Positions 22,437 through 33,772 of a DNA stretch of 64,000 nt are shown piece after piece. The translations under genes were made by a program, and so were the position numbers. The notes below the pieces were generated by a model. That model saw only the letters and a list, made by a program, of their open reading frames with translations, was not told the origin of the DNA and made no database searches. The stretch's first letter is position 1, and each line of letters starts with the position of its first letter. The stretch is from NCBI GenBank assembly GCA_000004985.1, contig GG738860.1; one strand, 5' to 3'. The stretch is from Naegleria gruberi. Its lineage: Eukaryota.

Positions 22437-23456
22437 TTAATTTTGGTTGGAACCATCGAGTTGAGCGAAAAAGACTTGAATGAGGTCAAGTTCTTCCTTG
22501 GTGAGGTCTGGATGGTTAATGTCAATTAAAAGGACAACTCGAATATCACTCAATTCTTCTCTTCTTTTTTGTTTGATTTCTTCACTAGATAGTTCTTTTG
22601 GTTCATCGAGTTCTATATTTTCATTGTTGGTGGAGGAGAATAATTGCTCATCCTGATCGAGGATTAGATTGTCATTGGCATCCTTGTAGATTACTTCATG
22701 AACGAAACTATCGTCGAGAATAATTATTTCACCTTCATTATATTGTCTTTCTACATTTTTAACTTTCATAGTGACATGATCATTTACAATTAAAGGTAAT
22801 TGAATTCTCAATTTAATATTTGATACACCACAATGCGGTTTAATATGAGTACCCTTATGAATAATACTGAAATAGACATATCCAATATTTAATCTACAAA
22901 TTCTATCATTAAATCCTAAAATATCTTCAATAATATTTGTTGTGTTTGGAAATAATTTACAAATTTGTTCATCAATCTTTCCTTGATTGACCAAATAAAT
23001 AGCATTCCACTGTCCAGTAACACTACTTTTAATATTATCAATATTCAAATCATCAATATTTAAATAATTGTTAATAAATTCCGATTTAATATCTTCAAAA
23101 TAAGATTCCAATCTCAATTGAATATCACTATAAATACTATAATCATATTTCAATTCATAATTATGATAATTAACATCATAATAAGGTTCATCATTTCCGA
23201 TATGTGGATAGACAAATAAATTTGGATATCTCATACTTTGATGTAATCGATTGGAATTAATCAAAAATTCATATAAACAATAAACAAGCCTCAACTTGGT
23301 CCTCTTCAATTCTTCAACAATATCTGGCAAGGAATATTCCTCCGTTAATTGTTTGATCATCATTTCTTTACAGGCATTAATTTCTTCGCTCGAAGGAGTA
23401 CACTGATCAGTATTGTCCTTTGATGGTGGAGCAGTGGAAGATGAGGATGATAACAT
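22437..23456 (-). CDS. Aspartyl/asparaginyl beta-hydroxylase domain (ASPH-like cupin) protein
   Basis: 2-oxoglutarate oxygenase-like block HKGTHIKPHCGVSNIKLRIQLPLIV...GEIIILDDSFVHEV resembles the AspH catalytic domain (HSGPTNCRLRMHLGL...LIFDDSFEHEV). Start taken at MLSSSSST (23456); the ORF is open to 23549. Confidence 0.55.
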   Translation of the reverse strand: MLSSSSSTAPPSKDNTDQCTPSSEEINACKEMMIKQLTEEYSLPDIVEELKRTKLRLVYCLYEFLINSNRLHQSMRYPNLFVYPHIGNDEPYYDVNYHNYELKYDYSIYSDIQLRLESYFEDIKSEFINNYLNIDDLNIDNIKSSVTGQWNAIYLVNQGKIDEQICKLFPNTTNIIEDILGFNDRICRLNIGYVYFSIIHKGTHIKPHCGVSNIKLRIQLPLIVNDHVTMKVKNVERQYNEGEIIILDDSFVHEVIYKDANDNLILDQDEQLFSSTNNENIELDEPKELSSEEIKQKRREELSDIRVVLLIDINHPDLTKEELDLIQVFFAQLDGSNQN

Positions 23457-23662
23457 TGTGGAGCTATTTTTTCTTGTTAGAACTTGGAACTGGAGTTTGC
23501 TTATGTTCTTATTTAATGAGGGATGAAATATTGTAAAGAAAGTGATCATTTCACACTCAAAAAGTCTTTCAGAATTGTCTATTTTTATCAGTCAACATTT
23601 TCAGGTTTAATATATCAATTTATTAGGGATAATTATTATTAAAATTTAAATATTAAAAAAAA

Positions 23663-26600
23663 ATGATGTCAGCAACAAGAAATCATCATGAACCACAAAA
23701 TAATGAACGACAGTCGTCGGAAAGAGTCTACCGTAAAAAGATTTTAGATGCTGTCTTGGAGTATTATTCAGAGGCTTTTTCTATAGAAAAAAGTAACGAG
23801 CAAATTAAAACGGAAATGGACCTTTGTTTACCGAAAAATGTCTGTAAGCGTATTTCATTTAAATTATTGAAAACAGGAGTCCAAAAAAAAGAAACAAATA
23901 TAAATTCCATTAGTGAGAAAGTTTTGAAAATTCCAAAAAAAGAAAAGAAAATTGAAAATCATGAAGAAGTGCTTCTTTCCCAAGCAGACTTGGATGATTT
24001 TAATAAGGAACCAACACAACATGACACTGAGGAGAAAAAAAAACAAATAATGGAGTATACTGAGCAGTATATTCAGAAAAAGTCACAGAGTGTGCTTTCA
24101 CAGATGGATAGTATTACTTTTCCCAAAAAGATTAGAGCAAGACTTGATCAAATTTCTAATGTTATTGCTAAAACCTGTATTCATCTAGAAGAAGAAAATG
24201 TAAAAGTGGAAGAAAAAGGATCAAATGATATTTCCCAAAACACCCCTATCAAAACAAAACAAGTTGATAATTGTCACACTACGGAAAGAAATGTTTCAAC
24301 TCAAAAAATTAATCTATTAAGAAACTTTAAATATTTATCTGTTGATACTCTTCAATATCTCTCAAGTGGTATCGACACTGTAGAAATGACTCACCAAATT
24401 CCAATAACAATGGCTATATTAGAATATGCTATGCAAAACACTGAAAAATTCAAATTTCAAACGTACGTATTCTATTTTTTAAATATTTAGTATTGATTGA
24501 TATTAAAAGTCTAGAGTGTCTTCAGTTAGGTTCTCTATTGATGGACGCATTCACTAAATACGATATCAAAGAGAAAAAAAGAGTATTTGGAGATACTAGT
24601 ATTCGAATAATGACTGAAAAAAAGATTCATCCCTATTTACTATTCATGGAAAGTCAACGAACAGACTGTGACACTGTTTTTAGTCACAAGGATTTTTTGA
24701 AAATTTGTTTAACATGTAGATCTTCGCTCAAATACACCACCTACCAATTATTTAACTCTCAAAACAAAACTATTTATGATAGTACAAAACTATCATGTTT
24801 TGCCTTATTAACATGTCCATCCACAGTGTTTGTTTTGAGAATGGATTGTGAAAATTATAAACCTGAAAATGTAACAAGTATGGTGATGGATAAAGCGTAT
24901 AGGCTTGGATTCTCTTTGAGGTTAATAGCAACTATTGACATGAAAAAAGATCCAGAATCACTACTTTCAGTATTATATACTATTTTTAGTTATGGACATG
25001 ATTTGACATTAACATTTAATGGAGAACCATGTGATAGAATTACTAACACTCCAATAGAAACTAAATTGAGAGCTCAAGAAGCTAATAATTTTACCTTTGA
25101 ACGCTACTATAATATTATTACTGAAGTATTTGAAAGTGATTTTAATGAGATTAGTTTAATTATTAAAGTACTTATTCAGAATCAATATGATAAAACGTAC
25201 CAATATGATTCGACTTTTAACGGGCCTAAATATGAGAAAACTGATTGGAAACAAAATTTCAATACCTTTCTTGAACAACATTCAGAATCAACAATTTATA
25301 TTTTATCAAACACCAATTCAACACCAACTCTTGAATTGCAAAGAAAAGGGAATGAAAAAATAATAGTTTTTTTTAAAACCAAACGAGTCTATGATTATTA
25401 TGATGATGATGAAGAAACTGAAATGAATGATAATGTAGAAAATAATGATGAATTGAATGAATATGATGAACTTGGCGATATATTGCATGCCACATGCTAT
25501 ACAAAACCTTTAAAAAAGAGAAAAAACCTAAAATCCCAATCGTTACAAGATTCAAAAAAATCTAAATCTAACACTGATACTGATATGTTTTTACAAAGAC
25601 CAGCTGGTAGCAATGTTTCTAACACAGGAGAGTTTTGCTTTGATAAAAATAATTCCACAAATGAAACAAAAGATTTGAAATTAGACAAATTATTAATGTT
25701 TGATATGACCAGTGAATATGAACAATTATTATATGAATTATTTAATATTAATATAATTAATAAGTATTATAGAATAAGAAGAGATTTAAATCCAAAAGAA
25801 GGAGTATTTTTATATTTGGATGGAATTTACAATAATAAGGAAGTATTTATTAAAATTACATGTTATAAAACAATTAATGAAAATATTGAATTAATGAACA
25901 AACTTAAAAATATAAAATCTAAATATTTAAATGAAATAATAGATTTTAAATTAATTAAATTATCCAATGAGCAATTATGTAAATTATTTAAATTAACAAA
26001 TATGGAAATTAAATATTTAGGATTAAAAAATGAAATTTTTATTTCAATTTTATCACCAACAATTGTGTGGTATGATTACTTTGTTTCAAATTATTGTAAA
26101 ATTTATCCATTAAAAGATTATAAATTAATTTTATTATTAATTATTAAATTATTTATTGATAATTTAAATGGATTAAAATTATTACATGAATTAAATATTT
26201 CACATATTGATTTTAACATTTTAAATTCTAATATAATATTAAATAATGGTTCTGATTTAATTAGTAAATATTTAAAAGAAAATAATTTACCAACATTTAA
26301 TATGGTATTAATTGATTTTAATAGTTCAAAATTAGAAAGTCAATTATTATTTACAAATGAATACATTCCAAAAACAACACATTATCCTCCTGATTATAAA
26401 TTATATTATGATAATATAAAACCAAATATATCATTTACAAAAGCACATGATATTTATTCATTATCTATTGTAATGATTCAATATATTACCATTTTGATTA
26501 ATTGTTATGGGAACAATTGCTTTCAAATGAAATCAAATACTATTAGATATATAAATCAATCACATAGAAACAAAGACGAACCATTCAATATTGATTTTAA

Positions 26601-26832
26601 TATTTTAAATTTTAATATTTTAAATAGTTTTGAAAAGGAAATTTTTAATGAATTATTTGAAATGATAAGAGAAATGAATTTAAACCCTTGGAAAATTATT
26701 AATGAAAAAGATTATTGTTTACAACAATTAGAAAAATTACAAAATAATGTATTGCATTGGAATATTTCTGATACTTCTTCATCACCTACAATTAATAGTG
26801 AAATGAAAAATTCACATCAAATGAAACAATGA
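23663..26832 (+). CDS. Large N/K/I-rich protein with a degenerate protein-kinase-like (pseudokinase) C-terminal region
   Basis: ORFs 23663..24490 and 24493..26832 are joined by a 47-nt intron (24463..24509; donor AC|GTACGT phase 2, acceptor AAAAG). An alternative junction 24467..24516 is also possible. Kinase-like remnants: LKLLHELNISHIDFNILNSNIIL (compare HRDLKPENILL), VLIDFNSSK (compare DFG), DIYSLSIVMIQYI (subdomain IX). No intact HRD/DFG, hence pseudokinase. Confidence 0.45.
25690..26700. repeat. Hyper-AT (>85% A+T) low-complexity coding stretch with short direct repeats (TTTTAATATTTTAAAT x2; NIDFNILNFNILNS)
   Basis: Visible shift in composition relative to flanks. Still one continuous reading frame of the pseudokinase-like gene. 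Confidence 0.5.
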
Positions 26833-26919
26833 TATTGTCAAATGATTCTTTTTCCTCAAATTTAATAGTCTCCCAATATAATCACTTTTGGCAAATTGTA
26901 TTCCTAAATATCATTGTCA

Positions 26920-26969
26920 NNNNNNNNNNNNNNNNNNNNNNNNNNNNNNNNNNNNNNNNNNNNNNNNNN
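26920..26969. other. Assembly gap (50 N)
   Basis: Run of 50 n characters. Scaffold-join placeholder, not biological sequence. Sits 87 nt after the stop of the pseudokinase-like gene and 35 nt before the stop of the minus-strand F-box gene. Confidence 0.95.
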
Positions 26970-27004
26970 ATTTTTTTTGAAGAAACTCATATTCATGAAG
27001 AGTA

Positions 27005-27541
27005 TCAATCCTCCCTAAGCAACTCAATTATTCTTTTCGTTTCCTCCAATTTCATATCAAAACTCCTCAATGAATCTTCATGCAATTCCTTCTCTCCAAA
27101 CAAGTGAGTCAATTTATGCTGATACGAAACTCTAATATCTGTATTTGTACTCTTTTGTAAACATTCAACAGTCCACTCAATTGAATCAGTCAATTCTCTT
27201 ATAATACTCGATTGTTTTTCAACTTGTGCATAATATTTCATTTCACGACAGAAGAGATTGTCTAAATAATTAATTTTTTCATCAATTAAATTCCCAATTA
27301 GTGGACGAATCGAATCTTGATAGAAATTTTCTCCAAAGTCTAATTGTTCAATTTTTACATGACAATGGGATGGATCGATATGTTTCCTATATAATTGAAG
27401 AATTTGTTTCCAATAGAATGGATCTGTTGTGATACGATTGTAAGTTGATTTGTTGATCAATAAAATGTTTCGAATATGTTTTAATGAGAGAAAGGAAAAT
27501 ATTTCGGTTTGTAATTCTGTTGGTAAATCCAATAGAGACAT
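27005..27541 (-). CDS. F-box domain protein
   Basis: Canonical F-box immediately after the start: MSLLDLPTELQTEIFSFLSLKHIRNILLINKSTYNRIT (LP.E(I/L)...IF..L....L). Start at ATG 27541; ORF open to 27574. Confidence 0.55.
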   Translation of the reverse strand: MSLLDLPTELQTEIFSFLSLKHIRNILLINKSTYNRITTDPFYWKQILQLYRKHIDPSHCHVKIEQLDFGENFYQDSIRPLIGNLIDEKINYLDNLFCREMKYYAQVEKQSSIIRELTDSIEWTVECLQKSTNTDIRVSYQHKLTHLFGEKELHEDSLRSFDMKLEETKRIIELLRED

Positions 27542-27651
27542 TTTTCTGTTATTATAATTCGAGTGACATCGCAATCACCACCTTTTGATTATTCGATTTA
27601 GTATCGATCAATTTCTAATAATTCCCACACAACTCGATAAAGAAATTCCAC

Positions 27652-27906
27652 ATGAAATTATCACAAATTGGATGTTCTACATGGACAAACAAACTCTTTT
27701 CAATTTCATTAGAAGTTTACAATATTTTTGATGAAATTTATGCAGAGGAAAGATTGAGATTGGAAATTTTAACCCTACGAAGGAATGGTCAGATCTCGAT
27801 GAATCAAATGGAGGACCTCTATCCATTGATATTGAGAAATGTGGATTACAATTTTGTTGATTTGTGTAAATCAATTGGATTGTTTCCTTTTAGATGGAGA
27901 TACTAA
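27652..27906 (+). CDS. Orphan small ORF (84 aa), no recognisable family
   Basis: ATG-initiated ORF in an otherwise unassigned 1.5-kb interval. Low confidence that it is expressed. Confidence 0.2.
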   Translation: MKLSQIGCSTWTNKLFSISLEVYNIFDEIYAEERLRLEILTLRRNGQISMNQMEDLYPLILRNVDYNFVDLCKSIGLFPFRWRY

Positions 27907-28100
27907 AAGCAAGGCCCTATTCACTTCTGAATTCAGAAATTAGAAAATTCTGAAAGAAAGGGTGGTTCTGAAATGTTAGAAAAGTTAATTTCATTAGATG
28001 GTTACACATTCTTAGATAGACCTTCTGAACTTTCAAAAACCTGCCATAATCTTGTCAAAAACAAGTATTCATACTCTCTCCTAGTTCAAAATTTAATATT

Positions 28101-28556
28101 GTGAATTGTGCCAAATGTTCCACCTATATTTATTCAACACAAATTGCATCTCAATTGAGTTTGAAGATGAGACAATATGACTCGTCCATTGAAATTCCAA
28201 AATTTGACACAATTAATGAAAATAATTTCAATCCAAAAAATTCATTTCTGTTGGCTTTTATCCAATCAACAAGGTTTGGGGTTTCTGGAGCTATTATAAC
28301 TTTATTAGTTGAACAAGATGAGAATTCAGGAATTTCAAAGAGGACAATCTTTATATTTTTGGAAGGGGCTTATGGACTGGAAGAATTGCAAATTGCATTC
28401 TATTCCTTACTGAATTTTAGGAAATATATTGAGTACATTTCAGTGTACGATGAAATTCATGTAAAATTGGCAAACACAAGAATTGTTTCGTCTAACTATG
28501 AAGTTCTCTATCCTCCACAATTTACCCTCCAAAATTTGGATGTTCAATTGAGCTAG
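28101..28556 (+). CDS. Orphan ORF (151 aa), no recognisable family
   Basis: ATG-initiated ORF with native composition; no motif recognised. Confidence 0.25.
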   Translation: MNCAKCSTYIYSTQIASQLSLKMRQYDSSIEIPKFDTINENNFNPKNSFLLAFIQSTRFGVSGAIITLLVEQDENSGISKRTIFIFLEGAYGLEELQIAFYSLLNFRKYIEYISVYDEIHVKLANTRIVSSNYEVLYPPQFTLQNLDVQLS

Positions 28557-28674
28557 ATACAAAAGTGTTATGTGTAGTTTTAGCAATATTCTTATTAATC
28601 ATATTAGTTTTATCTAAGGTGCAATATTTCCCATTGATTTGAGTCAACAATCAAACGTCATCACATAAAAAAAA

Positions 28675-28992
28675 ATGCGTTCATCTATTTCATATGTTGT
28701 TTTATTAGCCATGATGGTCTTGTTGATCGTTATTGCTACAACTGCTTCCTTCACCAATGCCTCTCATGAAGCTGTTGTTTTAGAACAAATTAATCAATTG
28801 GAAGATGTTGACATTTCTGAATCGATGGCTGCAACTCTCGGAGCTAAAAATCCAGCTTCGGTTAAAATTACAAAACCTAAAACTGCTCAGAAATGTTCAT
28901 CAATCTGTAGAGAAGCCTGCAGAGAAACCTATAGAGGAGGAAAGAAGAGTAAATGTTTGGATCATTGTCCTTCAGTTTGTAGTGGAATTTAA
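28675..28992 (+). CDS. Small secreted cysteine-rich protein (signal peptide + 8-Cys C-terminal module)
   Basis: MRSSISYVVLLAMMVLLIVIATTASFTNAS has an N-terminal hydrophobic h-region and AxA-like cleavage context. C-terminus CSSICREACRETYRGGKKSKCLDHCPSVCSGI carries 8 Cys in 32 residues. Confidence 0.45.
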   Translation: MRSSISYVVLLAMMVLLIVIATTASFTNASHEAVVLEQINQLEDVDISESMAATLGAKNPASVKITKPKTAQKCSSICREACRETYRGGKKSKCLDHCPSVCSGI

Positions 28993-29063
28993 ATAAATTG
29001 AATTTCTCTTACAATTTTTATTAGAATGAAGAAAATTGAGAATTAGATTAAGAATTAGTTGAA

Positions 29064-30683
29064 TTAAACATGTTCATGTACTTTGGAACTATCGGAAACA
29101 ATGGAAACGTGATGACTAGTCAAATATTCCTTGTTTCTCATTTCCATTAATCTTGAAATTGTTCTTGTAAAGGCAAAAACTTCATCAAAATTCTCAGTTT
29201 GACTCTTATTGAAATTATAGGCAGGTTCAACGTTTAAATTAACTTCTCCTTGATTATCGAATTGACAAAGCTCCTCAACTGGTCTAGCTGCTGAACAAAT
29301 TACCTTAACACGATGTTGATAAAGTTCATCAATAAGAGTAATAAATCTTCTCATGTGATCTCTATTGTCCTTATTAAATGTTGGAATACCTGAAATGATA
29401 AGAGTGTGGAATTCTCTACAAATACCAATATAATCCACAGCACTCTTTGGTTGTTTACACAAAAAGTCAAATGTACAGAAAGCAACACCTCTAGCAGCTC
29501 TTGGAACCATCAACAGACGATTCATAACCATAATTGGTTTTGGTTCAGCATCATATGGATGAGTTAATTTTTGGAATAAACTTTCTAATTGTTGTTCTGA
29601 TTCCTTATTAAGTGGTGTGAAATATACATTAGTTTGCTTAGTACCACTTGATAATCTATAATCACAAACTGCTTCCATATCAAATACATCGTATTTAATT
29701 TTAATGACATCAATAAATGGTAAAAATGCTTCTCTGTTAATACCATTTTCATACAAGTGATCTGGAATTCTGTTAGATGTCTTGACAACTACAACTCCTC
29801 TATTTAATAATCCTTCAAAAAGTCTCTTTAAAATCATGGCCTATTAGATAAGAAATTGTTATTTTCAATTAATTTCTTCAAACTTACATCACCAATGTCA
29901 GTAACTTGGAATTCATCAAAACATAATAAATTATAATTATCAGCAATTTCATCCATTAATTTTTCCATATTTGCACCTCCATCCTTATTAATTCTATTCA
30001 TTTGATGCATTTTAGTGTGAAAATCAATCATGAAACTGTTAAAGTGAATTCTCAACTTTTTTTGCAATGGAACACACTTGAAAAACATGTCCTATTATTG
30101 AATTTTAAAATCCCAATTGAATATTTCTAAAACATACCATCAAGAATGTTTTACCACAACCAACATCTCCATAAATATAGAGAGATTTTGGTAAACCAGT
30201 TGGATGAGGTTTAATTTGCCTGGAAATAGCTTTTGGATCAAAAGAACCAGTTTTTGCAGTACCAGTTGCTGAAGTTGTTCCCAAATGATTTTTAATAACT
30301 GCTCTTGCATCATTAATATTATAATTCTTCAATTTTTCATAGAGATTTGTTAACACTTTTAACAATTCAATTTGTCTGACATCCTCATTGACTGATCCTT
30401 GTTTTACCAAATCTTTATAAACTTCCATTGGTGATTTTCCTTCAGTATGAAGACTTTCAGCATGCTTTGAAATTGTTAAAACTCTAGATGATGTACTAAA
30501 ATGTCTATTATTGGTTGAAGGAAGAATTAAAGATGACTTCCGAATCATATTTTTCTTAACCATTTGATGATGACACACAGAGGATGATGATGCTGACATG
30601 AGAGAGGCCATCATTGCACCACTCTTCAGTGATAATGATGAGGTTGATAAAAGTTTTTTAGTATTGTTGAATAGTAAACTCAT
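29064..30683 (-). CDS. AFG1L: AFG1-like mitochondrial ATPase (LACE1/AFG1L family)
   Basis: Three exons complement(join(29064..29840,29888..30091,30138..30683)); introns 47 nt (GTAAGT...CTAATAG) and 46 nt (GTATGT...AATAATAG), both phase 0. Walker A YIYGDVGCGKTFLM. Family blocks: [59 protein letters not shown] (compare human [47 protein letters not shown]). Confidence 0.82.
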
Positions 30684-30885
30684 TTTTTTTAACTTGGGAT
30701 TTTAAAAATAAATCAAATAATGCCGAATTATTGTTAGCGAGAGGATTCTTTGGAGGTTTTGTTGCCTTTTATGAGAATTGGAACGTATGAATAATAAGTG
30801 AATTCAAGTTAAGACAATATTAAGGGGAAAGTGATGCATCGTGTTTTTTTTTTCTTGTATTGTTATTAAAATAAATCAATGTGAA

Positions 30886-30966
30886 GCGGTCTTGACCGAG
30901 TGGTTAAGGTGATTGACTAGAAATCAATTGGGGCGACCCGCACAGGTTCGAATCCTGTAGACCGCG
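30886..30966 (+). tRNA. tRNA-Ser (anticodon AGA)
   Basis: Hand-folded cloverleaf. Acceptor GCGGTCT/AGACCGC (7 bp), U8; D-arm ACC-GAGTGGTTAA-GGT (3-bp stem, Ser-type); anticodon stem ATTGA/TCAAT with loop CTAGAAA (anticodon AGA); 13-nt variable arm TGGGGCGACCCGC; T-arm ACAGG-TTCGAAT-CCTGT; discriminator G. Internal Pol III A-box (AGTGGTTAAGG) and B-box (GGTTCGAATCC) present. Followed by T5-T6. Confidence 0.85.
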
Positions 30967-30969
30967 AAG

Positions 30970-30975
30970 TTTTTT
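30970..30975 (+). terminator. Pol III oligo-T terminator after tRNA-Ser
   Basis: TTTTTT run starting 4 nt after the discriminator base. Confidence 0.6.
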
Positions 30976-31344
30976 ATTGAAGAAGAATGTACTTTATTTT
31001 TACTTCAATCCACTCAAAGATCTTACATCATTCCATTCTAGTTCTTTAGGTGGCTAATGCATTTCTTCTATAAAGGTCAACACGTGTTTAACTGGAATTG
31101 CAATTAAAATTCCCTCTGAGAGATAATACTCGGTCTTACACACTTGAAAGACCATTCCAAGAATGACATCACACAAGAAATTAACAGGTATTTGACCCGA
31201 TTGACTGATTATGTTCTTTCATTACAGGCTCTATGTTACCATGAGGTGATTCATCATCAAACATTGGCATTGAAATTAAAATAATAATCAAATCATGAAA
31301 GAATACTTTAAAAAAAAAAATACAACAAAATCAAATTCTTTTTC

Positions 31345-33734
31345 ATGTCATCTCAATCGGTCGTGATGAAGAAGAAAACCTGGGGTGGGTTTGCTATTGT
31401 TGCTATTATGGCTATCATAATGGCAAGTATGCTTGCTCTTATTGAGGGTAGAAAGGAAGTTATAGGACACACTGGTAAAGGTCAAGTTAAATTTGATGGA
31501 CCTGTTGTCGGTATCGATCTTGGTACTACATACAGTGTTGTTGCCATCTATAAGAATGGTGCTGTTGAAGTTATTCCAAACGATCAAGGTAACAGAATTA
31601 CTCCTAGTGTTGTTTCATTTGTAAGTATTAATCTATCGATTGGATATTAACAACAGTGCAATGTGTGATGGAATGTTGTTGTTGTTGTTTGTTGCTACTA
31701 CTACTCTGTACTTGATTATAATCAATGATACAAAAAATCAACATTGATTTTTTAACACAAATCATGTTATTAATAATCATCGACAATGATTTAATGACAA
31801 TTTGATGGATGAACTAATTATTATTATTATAATATAGGATTTGTCAAATAATAATCAAAAACTTGTTGGTGACTCTGCCAAGAACAATGCCGTCTCTAAT
31901 CCAAAGAATACTTTCTACGATGTCAAGAGATTGATTGGTCGTAGATATAATGAAGTTTTGAATAAGGATGCCAAGCTCTTGTCATATGATTTGGTTAACA
32001 AGGAAGGTCGTGTTTATATCAATGTTCAAAATAAGACCACTTCTCCAGAAGAATTGAGTGCTCAAGTTTTGGTCAAGATGAAGCAAATTGCTGAAAAGTA
32101 TTTGGGTGAACCTGTTAAACATGCTGTCATTACTGTTCCTGCTTATTTCAACGATCAACAACGTCAATCTACAAAGGATGCTGGTCGTATTGCTGGTCTT
32201 AACGTTATTCGTATTGTCAACGAACCAACTGCTGCTGCCATGGCCTATGGTTTGTACAAGAAGGATAAGGAAGAAAATATCTTGGTTTTCGATTTGGGTG
32301 GTGGTACTTTTGATGTTTCTTTGTTGACTGTAAGTAGTTTATATATTATCGGAATGTGTGAAATTTTTTCAGATTGACCGTGGTGTTTTTGAAGTTATTG
32401 CTACTAATGGTGATACTCACTTGGGTGGTGAAGATTTCGATGCTAGAACTATTGATTTGTTGATTTCTCTCTTCACTAAGAAGCATCCAGAAATCAAGGC
32501 TGACAGATTGTACAAGGATTTGAGAGCTTATCAAAGATTGAAGCGTTCTGCTGAAGATGCTAAGAGATCTCTTTCAGCTGACACTAGTGTTAAGGTTGAA
32601 ATTGATAATTTGATTGATGGTATTGACTTGTCTCTCACTTTGTCTAGAACTCAATTCGAAAATGCCAACAAGGACTTGTTCAAGAAGACTTTGCTCCCTG
32701 TCCAACGTGTATTGAAGGATGCTAATTTGGAAAAGAGTGATATTGATGAAGTTGTTTTGGTTGGTGGTTCTACTAGAATTCCATTCATTAGACAACAATT
32801 GTCTGAATTCTTCGATGGTAAGGAACTCCATGTTGATGTCAACCCTGATGAAGCTATTGCCTATGGTGCTGCTGTTCAAGCTGCTGTTTTGGCTGGTACT
32901 ATGGATGATAAGGATATTATCTTGATTGACGTTACTCCATTGAGTTTGGGTATTGAAACTGTTGGTGGTGTTATGGCTACTATTATTCCAAGAAATACTC
33001 CAATTCCAACTGAAAAGTCTGATATTTTCACTACTACTGGTGATTACCAAACCAAATTGGCTATTCCAATTTATGAAGGTGAAAGACGTATTACTAAGTT
33101 CAACAGATTGCTCGGTGAATTGCAATTGACTGAAATTCCACCAGCTCCAAAGGGTGTTCCACAAATTAAGGTTGTCTTCCAATTGGATCAAAATGGTATT
33201 CTTAAGGTTATTGCTGAAGATCAAGCCACTAAGAATAGAAAGGAAATTGAAATTAAGAAGGGTAGCTTGTCTGATGAAGAAATTGAAAAGATGACCAATG
33301 ATGCTGAATCCAATGAACAAGATGATCGTGACTTCATGGAAAAGATTGAAGCTAGAAATAAGCTTGAAAGCTACATTGCTACTTTGAAGCAACAATTGGG
33401 TACTAAGAATATTGTCAATCGTTTGAAGTCTCAAGATAAGAATGCCATTTTGGATAAGCTTCGTTTGGTTCTCCGTTGGATGAAGGCCAATGAAGATAAG
33501 CCAACTGTTAAGAAGGAACACTTCATTGCTCAATACAAGAAATTGAGAAGCACTGCTGGTCCAATTTTGGCCAAGCTTTATGGTGGTGCTGACAGTTTGA
33601 CTGATGAAGAAATTTTGGGTGACGATTTCGAGGATGATTTCGGTGAAGATTCTACTTTGGCTGAAGATGAATTTGGTTTGAAGAATGAAGACGATGATAA
33701 GCCAATTAGTGATTCTCCAAAGGACGAATTGTAA
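31345..33734 (+). CDS. HSPA5: ER-lumenal Hsp70 (BiP/GRP78-like) with C-terminal KDEL
   Basis: Three exons join(31345..31620,31838..32329,32373..33734); introns 217 nt (GTAAGT...AATATAG) and 43 nt (GTAAGT...TTTCAG), both phase 0. Hsp70 signatures: [124 protein letters not shown]-terminal hydrophobic segment ([23 protein letters not shown]). Acidic C-terminal tail ending PKDEL. Confidence 0.85.
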
Positions 33735-33772
33735 ATTAACATTTCTAGAGCAAAAAAAAATTTAAATTAAAC

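Noticed and set aside
25690-26700. Hyper-AT repetitive stretch as a transposon or satellite insertion
   Set aside because: No terminal inverted repeats, LTRs, target-site duplications or RT/transposase ORFs. The stretch is one continuous frame contiguous with the upstream exon and retains kinase-like motifs. Interpreted as low-complexity coding sequence.
26920-26969. Run of 50 N as a possible biological feature
   Set aside because: Exactly 50 ambiguous bases is a scaffold gap placeholder. No inference about the underlying sequence is possible.
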